Source of the DNA: Mayamaea pseudoterrestris
Taxonomy: Eukaryota
Reading direction: 5' to 3'
DNA length: 64,000 nucleotides
Assembly: GCA_027923505.1 (NCBI GenBank)
Contig: BROI01000003.1
Span: 1,302,001-1,366,000 of the forward strand
The stretch's first letter is position 1; each line of letters begins with the position of its first letter. The position numbers and the translations under genes are program-made. The notes beneath the pieces were generated by a model, which was not told the origin of the DNA, did no database searches, and saw only the letters and a program-made list of their open reading frames with translations. Below, piece after piece: positions 12,695-25,952 of the stretch.

Positions 12695-12893
12695 AGTCAT
12701 GTTAATAGTAAAAAGTGTTTTGTTCATTTGCCGGCTACACTGTCAGGCTGAGCGTGTTGCTGCCCTGGCATTGAGCGATAGCCATTCATGTACGCCTTGG
12801 CTCAGGCGATATACCTTTTCTACAACTACGGTACTACCGATAATGTTGGAGGAACTAAATCAAGAATGGCAGACGAACAGTTACTAATAAAAA

Positions 12894-13988
12894 CTAACAG
12901 CTGAGCGCCGACATGCGAAAGACCATGTCCTTCAGCAGCTCTTCGTCGTCAAAATCCGTCAAGCTTTCGCCCGCCGAGGCTTCCGAATCATCGCTGTCAT
13001 CGTCGTCTTCATCATTGTCCGTCGTGGTCATGTTGGCCGTCTCATCCTCGTCATCATCTTCCGAGTCGCTGTCAAAATCGGACGCGTCCAGTTGACCGGA
13101 TGCAATCACCGCGGCAAGCTCCAAGTTGTTTGCCACGCGCGGCTCCAACACGGGCACACTGTTGGGCGGCAACAAGCAAAGCGGTGGAACACCCTGCGTT
13201 TCCTCCAGCTTGGGCCAGAACACGTCAACGTTTGCCACAAAGTAGTTGCTCCACGCATTCTTGTTTATTGGGTCCTTGACGTAGTCCAGCGGCACGTTGC
13301 CGCGCTTATCCTTGACGTAGAACAGTCGCGCATCCTGCTGCAGCAGCATGGTCGCCAGTGCAAATACATCAGCATCAGCCTTCGGACACCAACAAAGATC
13401 GTGCAGCGGCGTGCGCCCATAGTCGTCCACCGTTTGCACCGACGCCCCGTTGCGCAGCAACGCGCGCGCCTGATCGACATGTCCCTTGCGGCAGACCATG
13501 TGCAGGAGCGACTCGGAGAAAATGTTGCAGGGATTGTTGGAGACGAGGTTGCTGTCAATGATTTCGCAAAAGGCTTGAATGTGGTTCTCGCGGACGAGCG
13601 ATTTCAAGTGCACCGTGTAGCTGGTCAATTGGAGCGGCGTTGGTGTGCGGCAGTAGGCCGTGTCTAAACCGGAGTGCGGCGTCGTGTCGTAGTTGCGCGG
13701 AAAGAGCAACGAGTCTAGCACGTCTTGGGGTTCTTGAAGCTCGGCACTTGCGTTGGCATGCTGGCTGCCATGCAAGTGTGAAATCAGTTGCTGTCGTGGA
13801 GAGGCCTTGCTTGTATCGGATGACGGCTCATTCACCGACTTGCCGCCACTGCGCTTGCGAATGAACCGTCGGGTGAATACCTTGAAAGCGGACTGGTCCG
13901 GTGGCGGCTTGTGGACTTCCTCGCCTCTGTTTGACGTGAGAAAGACTGCTTGAAGCGATGCGGGGATGCGAGATGAAAAGGTTGCCAT
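12894..13988 (-). CDS. Ankyrin-repeat protein with acidic C-terminal tail
   Basis: ESLLHMVCRKGH, DDYGRTPLHDLCW, DKRGNVPLDY. Confidence 0.85.
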   Translation of the reverse strand: MATFSSRIPASLQAVFLTSNRGEEVHKPPPDQSAFKVFTRRFIRKRSGGKSVNEPSSDTSKASPRQQLISHLHGSQHANASAELQEPQDVLDSLLFPRNYDTTPHSGLDTAYCRTPTPLQLTSYTVHLKSLVRENHIQAFCEIIDSNLVSNNPCNIFSESLLHMVCRKGHVDQARALLRNGASVQTVDDYGRTPLHDLCWCPKADADVFALATMLLQQDARLFYVKDKRGNVPLDYVKDPINKNAWSNYFVANVDVFWPKLEETQGVPPLCLLPPNSVPVLEPRVANNLELAAVIASGQLDASDFDSDSEDDDEDETANMTTTDNDEDDDDSDDSEASAGESLTDFDDEELLKDMVFRMSALSC

Positions 13989-15005
13989 GTTTGCAACAGG
14001 ATGTATTGATCTGTGCGTTTGATGGAGTTGTGAGAGAAGGACGGAAAATTGATAGGGCGCCCTTCCTGATCGTACTTCCTTTGGCGGAGGTCCTGACTCT
14101 TTCCTCTGAATCAGCTGCAACGAAATGTAGCTCGAAATGTGCTTCTTTCACGGAATACTCACAATTTCTTATTGCCCGCGATTTCGGAACATTGTTCTTT
14201 TATTGCCTGACGTTTCTTTTTGATGCCGTCAGCAGTACGCACCACATGTCAAAACCGCCAGCGCAGTATGGCTGACGCGACGTACTGCAAGGGCCGACGA
14301 CGGAAGTGCAGCCTCGTTGATCTTGTTTCTTTCGGCGCAGCATGGCTGTTGGTTGAAACTTCAAACGTTGAAGGAGACGAATGACCGGTGAATAGCCTTT
14401 CACGAATACTCCGCGACGGAGTTGAAGAAAGATTAGCCTTGAAACGTCGACTAATCGTCATCAAGTAGTATCATAGTGCCTAGGCTTTGCAGTAAAGTAC
14501 TCCTAGGTTTTGGTAGGATAACCACACTACGGTAGTGCCTTCTGAAGTTCAATTTGAAGCAGCCCATTCAATTGGCCCCAATTTCAAGGTGTGCAGGGTA
14601 AAGCTAATTCCTCAGGTTGAGCTGACTTACAAACTATAGTGTTACTTTTTATTACGTTTTCTTGACAAGTAGCTGCTTTTGCTCCTACTCTACTGTACAT
14701 AGATACCAACAATGTTTTGATCATGCAAACTAAAGAAGAACGATGCTTAATTTGTCAACAGGTCGCGCAGAAGGCATCTTCTCCGCCTGCATGCCTTGCG
14801 TGCGACCAAGGCACGAACCAAAATTTTCTTCACCACCGCCAGAGGCTATTTACCACTTTGGTGACGGTATTATGAATCGGTGGTTTGATAGCCGAAGATG
14901 CCTACTAATTTCTCTTTCTAATGCAGTAACTCTAGATAAACTAACAATCTGTACCAGTATGTAACGTACACGTCGCTACTCGGCATTGTTTAGCAAGCGA
15001 GTCAT

Positions 15006-15787
15006 TTAAAAGCCCTCATTGAAGTGGGTTGGGTATCCAAGGAAGTTGTTGAGAATGTATGGATCGTGGTTGTAAATGTTTTCGTGCACAATCAAACCAA
15101 TAATGCCCATTTGAGCGGCACGCCCGTTGTTCAATTCAATGGCGCGCTTTTCGTTGAGCTCCTCCTGCGATCCGCTCCACTTGAAGGTTCCCTTGCGCAT
15201 GTCTCCTGGAAAGTCGCCAGTGTCATCCTTCATGACGACTACCTCCAAGAGAGCAAAGGTGGCGGCGATTTGGATCCAGGTTTCGACTGGGATTTGCGGA
15301 AGTGCGGCCAAACCTGCGGGGATCTTTTCGAAACCGGGCAATCGAAGTCCAGCAGTCGTGGCGATGTGTCCAACGACGGCCATCTGCAAGAGAACACAAG
15401 ACGAGTGAATGATTGTATGAGTTACTTGGCTCGTTCATACGGTGTTTCGTCGACAATGACAATGATAATTTTCACGCACCATTGCTAATCGACCGTGCTT
15501 GATCTCAGCCGATCGCAGCTTCTTGAATTCAGCATCATCAGCTCCATCAAGAAAGTTTAAGGGATCCCAAAAGTTCAAAGGACGCTGAGTTAAACCAGAA
15601 AGACGAGTGTGTGAAGAAACTTTCTTCGACTCCAATGCGTTCAGGAGCAGGGGACAGCCATCCTTACCTGAACTCCAATTTCCTTTTCGTAGGCATTCGC
15701 AACAGCCGTTGACTTTGTCGCCTGTTGTTGCGGGGCAAAGGCTGCTGCGGAGGCAACGAGGGAAGCAAATACGGCAGTCTTCATCAT
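15006..15787 (-). CDS. Fucoxanthin-chlorophyll a/c protein (Lhcf-like); exons 15787-15668, 15584-15480, 15383-15006
   Basis: MMKTAVFASLVASAAAFAP signal; FWDPLN, EIKHGRLAM, ELNNGRAAQMG. Confidence 0.93.
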
Positions 15788-16025
15788 GGTCAAGAATATG
15801 GAGCAGCAGTTGGCATTTGGCGCGTGACACTTGCGATGGAAGATTTGCTTCAAGTTCTCTTTTTAGGCGCATGTGCTCTGATTGGCTACCGTGTGATTAC
15901 GTCAGCATGGTTCGATGAGTCGAATGATGCGACCATGGACGAAGCGCCGTTTCTTCGTTTTCATTACGACAGAAAGTCAGACCAACTTACCAATCTGATC
16001 CCGTTATAAAGACTGAGACTTGAGA

Positions 16026-16754
16026 ATGAAGTTCATTCCCCTTTTAGCTTTGTCATTGACGACTAGTTCGATCTCCAATGCCTTTGCATTCCAACTGGAA
16101 CAGCACACTTTTTCGTCTCGTCCATCATCAATTGTTCTTTCAGCTGCGACAGGAACCATGGACCTTACGTCGTCAATTCAATCCAACTTGGATACGCTTT
16201 ACAGAGCAGCAGAGACAAAGAAGGAGGATTCCAATGCCGTCTATCAAGCATTGTCGGATCTCGAAAAGAACATGCGACAACTGGCCAAGCAGGACGAAGC
16301 GGTCGCAAAGAACATGCTTGCTCAGCTGGATGGCGACTGGCGACTCGTCTTTACCACTGGAACAGCCAAAACGCAAGAACAAATGGGAAAGATCAATTAC
16401 TTTCCACTCAAGGCTGTGCAATCCTTTCGACCAGCTGAGAACTATATTGAGAACGGAATTTACATTGGCGATTTCTGTCTCGTCCGGTTTAGTGGAAACA
16501 TGGAGTTTGACGAACGCAAGCGCCGCATAGAATTCGACTTTGACACAATCTACTTTTTGAACTCGCTGGTGACAATACCGCTCAAGAAGGGGCAAGCCGC
16601 AGATTTGGGAAGTAAAAGTGGGCTTGGTTCCGATAGTAACGTTAAGAATGCCGAGCGAAACAAGAAACCCTTCTTCAATTGGATTTCGGCCGATGAAAAG
16701 ATTGCAACGGCAAGGGGTGGAGGTGGTGGACTTGCATTGTGGAAGAGAGTGTAG
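16026..16754 (+). CDS. Plastid-targeted PAP/fibrillin-like protein
   Basis: AFA-F signal; LDGDWRLVFTT motif; C-terminal ARGGGGGLALW. Confidence 0.7.
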   Translation: MKFIPLLALSLTTSSISNAFAFQLEQHTFSSRPSSIVLSAATGTMDLTSSIQSNLDTLYRAAETKKEDSNAVYQALSDLEKNMRQLAKQDEAVAKNMLAQLDGDWRLVFTTGTAKTQEQMGKINYFPLKAVQSFRPAENYIENGIYIGDFCLVRFSGNMEFDERKRRIEFDFDTIYFLNSLVTIPLKKGQAADLGSKSGLGSDSNVKNAERNKKPFFNWISADEKIATARGGGGGLALWKRV

Positions 16755-16924
16755 AGCATAACCATGAAGAGCTCTTGGTGTCACTTTTGGCTGGTGTTGC
16801 GGATGATAAACGAGAACCCGCGAAGGAGCTGTCTGTGCAGGTGCAGAACACGATCCTTTACTTGCAAAATATGCAGTTTATAAACATTACGCTGGAGTAG
16901 CTACAACGAACTTTCTTAAACTTT

Positions 16925-18735
16925 TTATGCTAGAAGGAAAGCCATAACTCCACCTAGTGCTGCGCCGGCAAACCCACCAGACCGACGGAAGGATGCTGAT
17001 GTCACTCCTGCCGGAGAGTTTCCTGTCGGGGCACCGGCTGTCGAATCTGCACCGTTGGCAGTGTCTGTAGGTGAAGATCCAGTCGATGGAGTAGGAACCG
17101 GCGCTGGCGCTGAAATCGAAGCCGACGGTGCAGCAATAGGACTTCGCGTCGCAGCTGCACCACCATCGGATCCCAATCCACTAATGGTGAAGGTCAAGCC
17201 TGAGTCGTCCATGCTGTCGATGGTAATTGTGATACCAGACGGCACAATGTTGCCACCTTGGTAGCTATCCGTGTTTGGATATGTATTGCCGTCAGTGTTT
17301 GGTCCAAGCGAGTCACCAGGCACGAATATATCGCCAATGTCACCAATATTAATTCCTTGCTCCAACTCGTACAGTCCATCCTTTTGCGCAATGGCCACCC
17401 GATAATGGTTTCCATTCTGAGGCCATCCCGACTGGCCGGGATAACCGCGGTTGTTCTGGCCATCAGCTTGGTAGTCAATATGCCATATCACCAAGCCGCT
17501 GCCGTAGAAGTTTGAATCAAAACTCACTGGAACACGATACTCGAGAACGAGAAACTCATCCGCTGGCCCCAACACTAATTTGTAGTAGTCAGGTGCAGTC
17601 GTCGATGGGCTGGCGGTGTAGGTGCCGTCAGATGAAATGGTGATCGGATCGATCCATGTTGTCATGAGCTTGCTCCACGGTCCCATGGATCCAGGATACT
17701 CGTCTGGTTTTCCAAGCGGACCAAAAGGATTGGACATCTGTGTGGCAAACGAGATTGATCTTTTGAGTATACGCGAACTGTGTGTTTTGTTGCTTGTGAT
17801 GGTAAACTGTATAGGAACTCACAATGTCATACCCGCCCACCCCGCCAACGTTGTTCGTCGTCTTGTCGTACAAGTCGACAGGTTTAGTGGTGTTCCGAAA
17901 GGCGTTGTATGTGTGGATGTGTTCATGCGTTGCCTATAAAAAGTGTGAGAGCGCATTGCTTGAGTTTGCGTTCAATGACATTGCCACAATTGCAAGAATA
18001 CTAACGAGTTCAACGTACAATTCCCATTCCGCATGGATTGCCATTGCATGTCCCAGTTAGCCCTGATGTAATGGAAAAGCCACTTAAACCAAAGTTGCCA
18101 TCGGCACTCTCCCAGCCGCCGCTAACTCGTTCACCGTTGTAGCCCCCACTAAAGATTCGATTCACAAATGTGGCTCCCGTTTCGCAGTCATCTCCCGGAA
18201 ACTCTGCCGGATAGCCCGAGTGAAATATGAAGAGCGAGTCAATCGTACCATCCCTATCCGAGTCGAACTGGCCCCAAAAGTCGAGCGAGTCAGTCCCCGT
18301 GCCAGCGAGCGCATCCAAGGCGTCGAGCTTGGGACGAAACATTTCGTGAATCGCTGGTTCTGTGATTTGGCCGCTCTTTCCTTGCGCGTAGTACGCTTCG
18401 GTGTTCGCCGTCGTGAACCAGTCTTCGACTTGACAAGTGGACTGGTAGAGTCCATACGATTGTTGCTTGAGGTATGGAGCAATCTTGTTGTTGCAAAGGT
18501 CGTCGTAGTAAGTGACATTTGGCAACACGCGATTCGCATGATCTGTGAAGCGAATGAGCAAGACGAGGGCTCGAATGGACGTTCCAAGGGCAGGACTGAG
18601 GTCTCTTTGATTTTGCTCGAGAGCGGTATCATGACTGTGAGCGTGTCGAAGTGGTTGATTGATGCTTGGGTTGGCAGCTGCAAGAGAAATGGTGTAAGTC
18701 GCCAAACTCATCAGTGCTGTTGCGAAGAACTTCAT
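16925..18735 (-). CDS. Secreted M6 (immune inhibitor A)-family metalloprotease, probable GPI anchor; exons 18735-18019, 17933-17823, 17737-16925
   Basis: Signal peptide; LVLLIRFTD, FDSDRDG.ID..FIFHSGY.AE, HEHIH in the small exon, DLYD, YDIMSN, LVLEYR..FD, GLVIWHID; Ser/Thr linker and hydrophobic tail. Confidence 0.88.
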
Positions 18736-19129
18736 GATGGCTCGCGCAAACTCTTTGGCTGATCTGTAACTACTTGTTAAGTGATATGTTGAGCTTGTTT
18801 AATCTGTTGTACACTCTCAAACTCGTAACAAGACACAGTCAATGGAGTTGTTGGAAGGATTTCCTCCGTCGAGCGAGTTGATGGGTTGATGGGCTCGATT
18901 TCGCGGTCGTCGGGTCATTGTGAGCGAGACAGTGACCAGGGCAATGTTAAAAATATTAATCGTGCGAAAAAAGACAGTGACGTCGTTCCGGTAATGCAAG
19001 TCACGATGCGACATAAACAATGTGAAACGCAACCACGAGATTTCGAGCATGGGAACAATTCTTCTTTGCGGACGGGTCAAGGTACCTGTCGCGTTGTACA
19101 TTATATACGTAACTAAGCCAAACAAAAGC

Positions 19130-21521
19130 ATGCCGCCTTCGTTAAGTACCTTTCTATGGAAGCATGTCTTTACAGCGTTCCTTCCGCCGCTTGAGCCGGA
19201 CGACATTGACTACTACGCAGTCCTTTCGCTACCGACTTCGCCAGCACCTTCCACGGACGACGTTCGCAAGGCTTACCGCAAATTGAGTCTGGAACTGCAT
19301 CCCGATAAAATTGCGCAACGAGGAGGCGGAACGAACGAGCAAGAGGAGGCTCGCGTCAAGTACGAAGCCGTGCAGCGCGCATATGGTGCGTTTTTAGAAC
19401 TGTGTTGGAAGATTCGCGCACTTTTGAAATTCATTTCTATTGCATCGACAAAATTTCTTTGATGGCGTCTTATCAATTCCCTTATTTCTTGTGACAGGCG
19501 TTCTAGTAGACCCAAAGACGCGAGCGCAGTACAATGAATGGCGTCCATCGTCGACACGCTACCAATTCGTTTCGGATTCGCAGTGGCTCCATCCGGCTCC
19601 TCTCTTTGAGAATCTGACGCAGGCTAGCTTGTTTGACAAGACTAGATTGATTCTTTTGGTCGCCATCTTTTTGCTGGCTCTTTTGGTCCAGCCCATTCTG
19701 ATTTGCGTCAAGGTGAACCAAATTGTCAATGACGACGCTCGAAACAATGGTCGCCTGGAAGATGCACCGTGGTTGCTTCTTTTACTTCCGCTCTGGTGCT
19801 TTGGTGCTATCGTCTTGCTATTTTGGACGGCACTTGCTGTCATGACAAAGTCAAGTGTAGTTGTATTGACGGGACTAGAAAATGCAGCGTGGCTGGCTGG
19901 ATGCGTCGTCTTGGCCTGCATCTGGGACGGCGTCGTTGAATCTGTCAATTGGTATGTCGCCGCCATTCCTTTTTACATTGGCTTATTACTGCGAACCATA
20001 AAATCTTTGTTATCAATTCGAACTGCTCACCATGAGCAAGAAAAGATGGTCAGTCCGGACTATCATCGCAAGCTAATGCATGACTACCGAGAGCTGCTTG
20101 CCAAACGCGACTCGGCCACTGATGAGGAGAGAGGATCAAATGTTCAACTTAGCGAAACGGAACGCAATCTACTCGAAAAGTATCCAACGGAAGAATTGTA
20201 CATTGATCACTTGCAGGAAGCCTACGTTGTCGTTACGCTGAATGAGGAAGCGTACGCTGCTGCCGTAACACTCATGGAGCTGCCGGACGAGACTGGTCAG
20301 GTTCATCTCGTGACTGACGAGGAGAAGGAAATTCTGCAAGTTTCAATGTCACACGAGTACATTGCGATGGAAGAGGCAGTGCAGGAGCAGCGGCGGTCCA
20401 TGTATATTTGGATTGCCGTTGGCATTAGCTTTGTGACCCTTGTTGCGTACAAGCTGCAATCATCGCCTGATGCGAGTTGGTGGTCCATTTTCGCGCCATT
20501 TTGGGTCTACTTTACGTTAACACTTTTCAATGCATGCTTTGTTTGCTGCTGTGTGAATGTCAGCGGAGAGCAAGTAACCTTGCACCCTGGCGGCGGACAT
20601 GGTAGTTCGTCCGAGGATGCGGATGACACCTTGACGGAGGAGAAAGATCTGAAAGCTAATCGTTCGGTGGCTTTTGCTACGCCAGAGGGGCAGATGGATG
20701 ATTTCAATAATGAGTCGATCAGCTTTAGCTTGGTAGTCGATGACGCTAAGTCTGATGGGAAACAAGAAGCTGTTGCGACCGGCTTTTCATCACCGGCGAA
20801 TCTCATGCCTGGTTCAATTGATCCGGTTGACAGCGGTGCATCAAAAGAGTTAAAAGAACCATCATTGACTGATGACACACCTGTGGTTGCGAATGTTTTA
20901 AAGTCGGGCGACAGCAGCAAGCCGGATTTTGGTGGTGAGGGAGAGTCAAGACCCGTTCCAGTTCCCGTCGCCGAAGATAATCCCGACACGCCTGGCGCCT
21001 CGTCTAATGAACCAGATATTGACTTCGAAGCTGCGTATCATGCTTGGCAGGCAGCCCACGCACAAGCTGAACAAAGTGCCATGGATCAACAAGTCAAGAC
21101 TGTTCGGACGTGTTGCAGTTCCATTCTTCAGCTGATTATCGTTTGCTGCATTGTTGGCAAGCTGCAGGATTCATCAGAGGGAGAAAGTGGATATAATGCT
21201 CTATGGATTCTATTTCCTGTCTTTTTAATAACTGGCATTGTGCTGGGTTGCTGCTCCTGTTTCATTTACAGTGCAAACCCTGATAGCTTGAATATAATAA
21301 CCGAGCGAACGAAGAAGGACCATGAGGGAGACTCAAATACAGGAGACAATGCATCGCAGGGCCATAACGATCAATCCACAGCTGTCGTAATTGCGCCTAA
21401 GGCAGAGACTGCGACGACGCATGTCCCGGGCGATGTAGAAGCTGCCGCCGCGAGTAACACCGACCAGCTCGAAACTGCACCCGATGATGTAGATGGAGCT
21501 ACAATGGACGATCTTGATTAA
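19130..21521 (+). CDS. DnaJ-domain multi-pass membrane protein with TMEM185-like helices; intron 19386-19497
   Basis: DYYAVL, VRKAYRKLSLELHPDK, AYGVL.DP; repeated W..(V/I)F.P.W transmembrane motifs. Confidence 0.8.
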
Positions 21522-21985
21522 TTTCACAAAATAAGCTAGGTACATGACTTGTTGCTCGTATGTTAATGTTAAAATGAATTTTTTCTATCATCTTTGCTGC
21601 TGCCATGATGTCGCAGGCCGACAGGTCCGCCGATTGTGAAAACGAAAAGCTCACTGTCATTCCGAGATGCTTCACCACTCTCAAAAGGTGGCAGGTATTT
21701 CTCATTGTGGCATCATTTGAGCAAAGTATCACTGTCAACCTTATGCAAAACACAAAACTCACCTTACGTAGTACAAAAAATGCATCGCTCAGCGAATGCT
21801 TAACCCATTTACGTGGAAGCTACCTACGACAAACGCACAAAATTTAATTCGAACTCTATACACAGTCTTAGAAAACAGTTTTAGATCATAAAGGAACTTG
21901 GATCAACGATCGCATCATGTGCGACGTTCATTGTAATGCACTTGAGTGAAAGACTACTAGGCAAAGCCAGCAGCAAGCTACAAGC

Positions 21986-22798
21986 TTACGCACTCTCCTT
22001 GACCATTTTCTCAAAAATCTCCCTCTGCTGCTCCAGCAAACTCTTGTGCTTGACTTGAAAGGCATGCTGCGCCTCCTGCTTGCCCTCCACCAATTCCTCG
22101 GCCGCCAGCGCCTCCCGCATGGCATGTCCCACCTTTTCGCGCGCCTCGTGAATGGGAATTTCCACGTATGTTTGCAGCGACTTGTCGTACTTGACGAAGC
22201 GGCCATTGGTGGCGGATACGAATGACGTCAAGACGGCTTGCAAAACGGTGCTCTTGTCCACCTTGGTCTTGGCCGTCACGTATTGATTCATGTATTTCTT
22301 GACGACGGCGCGAAACTTGCGATTGCCGGGGCAGTTGTAGCTGCCCTTGCCTCTCCCGCAGACAACGTCGTTTGGTAGTGGCTCTCGCGGATGAGTCGCA
22401 TATTTTCGTTGCAGTGATTTCGCAGTGGTGGTTGCTGACGATGCAGATGACGATGGTGTCGCCGATGGACTTGCCGACATGGCTGACCGGTGGCTGCTGC
22501 TTTTGAGGTGCGACCAGTCGTCGGTCGGCGTCACGTAGCGTCCCAGGAATGGCGGCACAAACAAGGCGTCGCTAGTGGATGTGACTGGAAATTCCGTGTT
22601 GCTTGTTGATTGAGATGCTGCCGCTGCTGCAACATGGGCCGGTTGTCGATTCAAGGCGTTGTTGAGTTGTTGCTGCTGCTGCTGCTGCTGCGACGATTGA
22701 TCAGTCTCGTCCTCCTCATCGTCTGCAACTACAAACACTCGCTGCTTGTTGGGGCTATCACTTCCTGCATTTCTGCTTCGTCGCCTTGTCTGCGGCAT
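21986..22798 (-). CDS. DUF6824-type diatom protein
   Basis: PNDVVCGRGKGSYNCPGNRKFR...GRFVK...AREKVGHAMRE. Confidence 0.8.
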   Translation of the reverse strand: MPQTRRRSRNAGSDSPNKQRVFVVADDEEDETDQSSQQQQQQQQLNNALNRQPAHVAAAAASQSTSNTEFPVTSTSDALFVPPFLGRYVTPTDDWSHLKSSSHRSAMSASPSATPSSSASSATTTAKSLQRKYATHPREPLPNDVVCGRGKGSYNCPGNRKFRAVVKKYMNQYVTAKTKVDKSTVLQAVLTSFVSATNGRFVKYDKSLQTYVEIPIHEAREKVGHAMREALAAEELVEGKQEAQHAFQVKHKSLLEQQREIFEKMVKESA

Positions 22799-23202
22799 TA
22801 TAATAGTCTTTGTATTTATTCATTGAACAATATTCCACCGATTGTCGCCGAGACCTAACTGCCACAGCAAGTTTGGCGTGAATAGAATGTTGGTTGACTG
22901 AGAGCATGCGTCGCTCCGACTTTCTCTGGGAGTCGCCATTGAAGGGGCAATAATAAGTGATTGGGCCTGTATGACTCAAGTAACTCCAGTAAGACCGACT
23001 GGCTTAACAAACATGCTTGCATTAGGATATGCCCCAGACTTTTCAAAATCTGTTTGATGTCGTAACGGTACCACCTGTCACGCCTCCAGATTGTGACGCG
23101 CGGACGACGATGATGAGATTGATGATCAATGCATGGCACAGAACGAGCCTCCTTGCTGCTGCTTGCATTGAAATTCACTGAGCACATTTGATCACACGTA
23201 CA

Positions 23203-23637
23203 ATGAAGTTATTATCCATAGTATTACTTCCATCGCTCGCAACATCCTTTGCCATTCAAACCTTGCAGCAGCAACTTCGTCCGAGCATGACACAACTCTT
23301 TGAATCGTCCGAGGAAATCGACGCAGCAGCAACACCCAATGAACTCATTCTCGACACGGCCGCCGTCGCTCAACAAATGGCCGGCCTCCGATCAAAGTAT
23401 CCAACATCGGAAGCCGACTACTTGGCGGCTGCGAGAGCTAGAGCTGCCGCCAAGGCTGCATCCAAAAACGACGAGGCCACCGACCAGGACTGGGTATCGG
23501 TCAAGCAAAAGGTGCAACCAAAGGAGGATGACGACTGGGAAATATCCGCCAAGGAAGCGGGGAACATTGATAGTCAAATTTTGATTCCGCTCATGAACGA
23601 AGATGGAGATGATGAGCCAAAACTCATGTTGTTTTAA
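23203..23637 (+). CDS. Small plastid-targeted hypothetical protein
   Basis: ATS-F signal followed by an acidic mature region. Confidence 0.65.
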   Translation: MKLLSIVLLPSLATSFAIQTLQQQLRPSMTQLFESSEEIDAAATPNELILDTAAVAQQMAGLRSKYPTSEADYLAAARARAAAKAASKNDEATDQDWVSVKQKVQPKEDDDWEISAKEAGNIDSQILIPLMNEDGDDEPKLMLF

Positions 23638-23881
23638 CGAGTGGCAGGGTGCTGGTCTAACATCAACGACGAAGCCATCTCTCGTCTCATAAAAAGCGTC
23701 GGTTGGTGATATTACCTGTACATCAAACTAAATTGTACTGTATAATTTACGAGTGATAAATCGATTTACATGCAGCTTTATGTTTTTATTCGGCGCGTAG
23801 GTAGCTGTATGTAACATTACTGTTGCTGTGTCGGCGAGAATGATAAAACTCTTCATTTCCATCACTTAAAATCGTAACAAG

Positions 23882-24902
23882 TTACGGCCATTTCGTAAAT
23901 TCAATCACCTTGAAGAGAATGGGAAGGCCTGTGGTGACTTGCCAGGCAAAGAGGCCAATGCCAGCCACGTTTGCTCCAATGTGAACGCTGCGAGCAGTGT
24001 CGCTGCCCTTTTGCATGGCAGGGACGCAAGCGGCCGCCAAGGCCCACAGAACGACGAGACCAGCACCCGCATATAGGTGGGGTCCCGGAAAAAGCTTTCC
24101 AGCGCGTGCGTAAGTATTGAGGGGGCCCTGGAAAAGAAGAATCATGAATGTAAACGTTAGATTACACCCGGAATTCTCGTATTCGTATCGCCTAACTCTG
24201 AGAACGGCTGCTCGCTTTCTGCTCGCAGCAATTTTATTGCACACTCACCTCAATCGCAAAGGCAGTTCCGAGAAATGCCAAGAGTGCTCCCTGTGCAAAG
24301 TGCTGGTCGCGAGGGTTCGCCGCGGCAAGTGCTTTGCGTTCCTTTTGGAGTGCCTCGACCTCACGTTCCACATCCACCGCCGCCTGCAAGGTATTGACCC
24401 GAGCAGTATCAACAGGATCGGCGCTCTTGGCAGCTGACAGTGCCTCTGCCACAGTCTTGGCGCCTTGCAAGTCTGGCAGTGTCTTCTTCAGAGCGGAAAT
24501 TTCATCGCCCATGGTGCGCTGTCGCCTCCAGTTAAAGCCCAAAAGTGCCGTCCAAATGCTGTAACCAAGCATGAGAAACATCATGATGGGATGCAAAAGA
24601 CTTCCGGTCCGACCTTCGAAGAGACCCCAATCGGGTGAATCGGCCAAGGCGTTCTGGGCAGATGCCGACCAAAGCAAGGCGGATGTAGAGAGTGCGCTGG
24701 CAATCGATGAAGCCTTGCCCCAGTTGCTACTGCTTGTCGGCATCGACTCGCTCATCTCATCACCTCTTTCGTTAGAGAAGTGCGACATGTTGATTGTGGA
24801 TCCAGCCCTTGTCGCTGTGGTGGAAAGGATTGTTGAATGTTGCACGGTGAACGCCGATGCCGTCGTGACAAGCGCGAGGATATGAAGGGCTTGAAAACGC
24901 AT
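23882..24902 (-). CDS. Plastid DUF4079-like membrane protein; intron 24248-24128
   Basis: ASA-F signal; LHPIMM, RDQHFAQG, GKLFPGPHLYAG, ARSVHI, WQVTTG. Confidence 0.8.
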
Positions 24903-25952
24903 GATGGAGACTTCCACAGATTTTACGAAAAAACGAATATCACTCCTTAAGATTGTGAGTGTAATAGCTCAACAACTGCGGCAAGAGTGTTCGAAAAGGA
25001 CGAATGTGATGGCGCAGATGCGCAGATGATCGCGCTATGAATCGATTCGAAAGATCGGAACATACGTCAGTCGCCAGAAATGAGTCCCTTATCGTACTGG
25101 CACTCACTGCGACATCCGTTTTCGTTGCAGCGGGGAATCGATCATTGGTTGACCCACCTTATAGGAAAAGGTGCTTGTGGCATCTAGAGCACTTACTGCC
25201 ACACGCTTGTTGAGCGACCTCCCCCAAGCGCATGTGGTCTAAGTTAGTTGCGCCTGGAAATGCCGAAATATGAATGGGTGTAGCCTCGCAACCGCATATG
25301 TACTAAGCTGGTTGCGCCTACCTGTCGGAATGCCTAAAGATCCATTGGTATTGCTTTGGTCCGGCTGGTGTATGACCACTCATTTTACACGAGATCTCCA
25401 AGCTACTGTACTGGTACACTGTAGTAGCTGGTCTCTGTAAAATTTGCTCTTATATGTTAAGATTATCAGATCACAAATTCTAGCAAGATGTTGGCATGGT
25501 ATATTTGTGCGGAGATGCAACTACCTAGCCATCGAGCCTCCGAAAGGAAAGTGCAGGTTAAGGGCTGGTAAAGCCTCATTCATGGCTCGCGTTGCATCCG
25601 CAACAATCCTAAAGTAACATGTAGGGCGACTGAAACAACATCATCCGAGACACGGCAATAAGCAGTTCCTTCAATCTTTTGTTTTACTTCATTGTCGACT
25701 TCCAACAACATGTGCCATATCTGAGGAGCTGAAAGACGGAAAATTGATGAGCACATCAGAAGCGATTATTAATGCCTCATTCGTCAACCAGATTGCCGAG
25801 TCAGCTTCAAATCTCTCGCTCATCATAAGAACGACCTATCATTGTGTATATTTTCTTGGGATGCTCATCATTCTTTCGGTAGTGATGTCACGGCAAGCTC
25901 GCAAGCAATAAACACGTACCCCAGGAAATCACTTATACGACCAAGCGTGAGC

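Noticed and set aside
24950..25950. 1-kb ORF-free gap with short imperfect repeats near 25240-25340
   Set aside because: No terminal repeats, TSD or RNA motif; consistent with ordinary intergenic DNA
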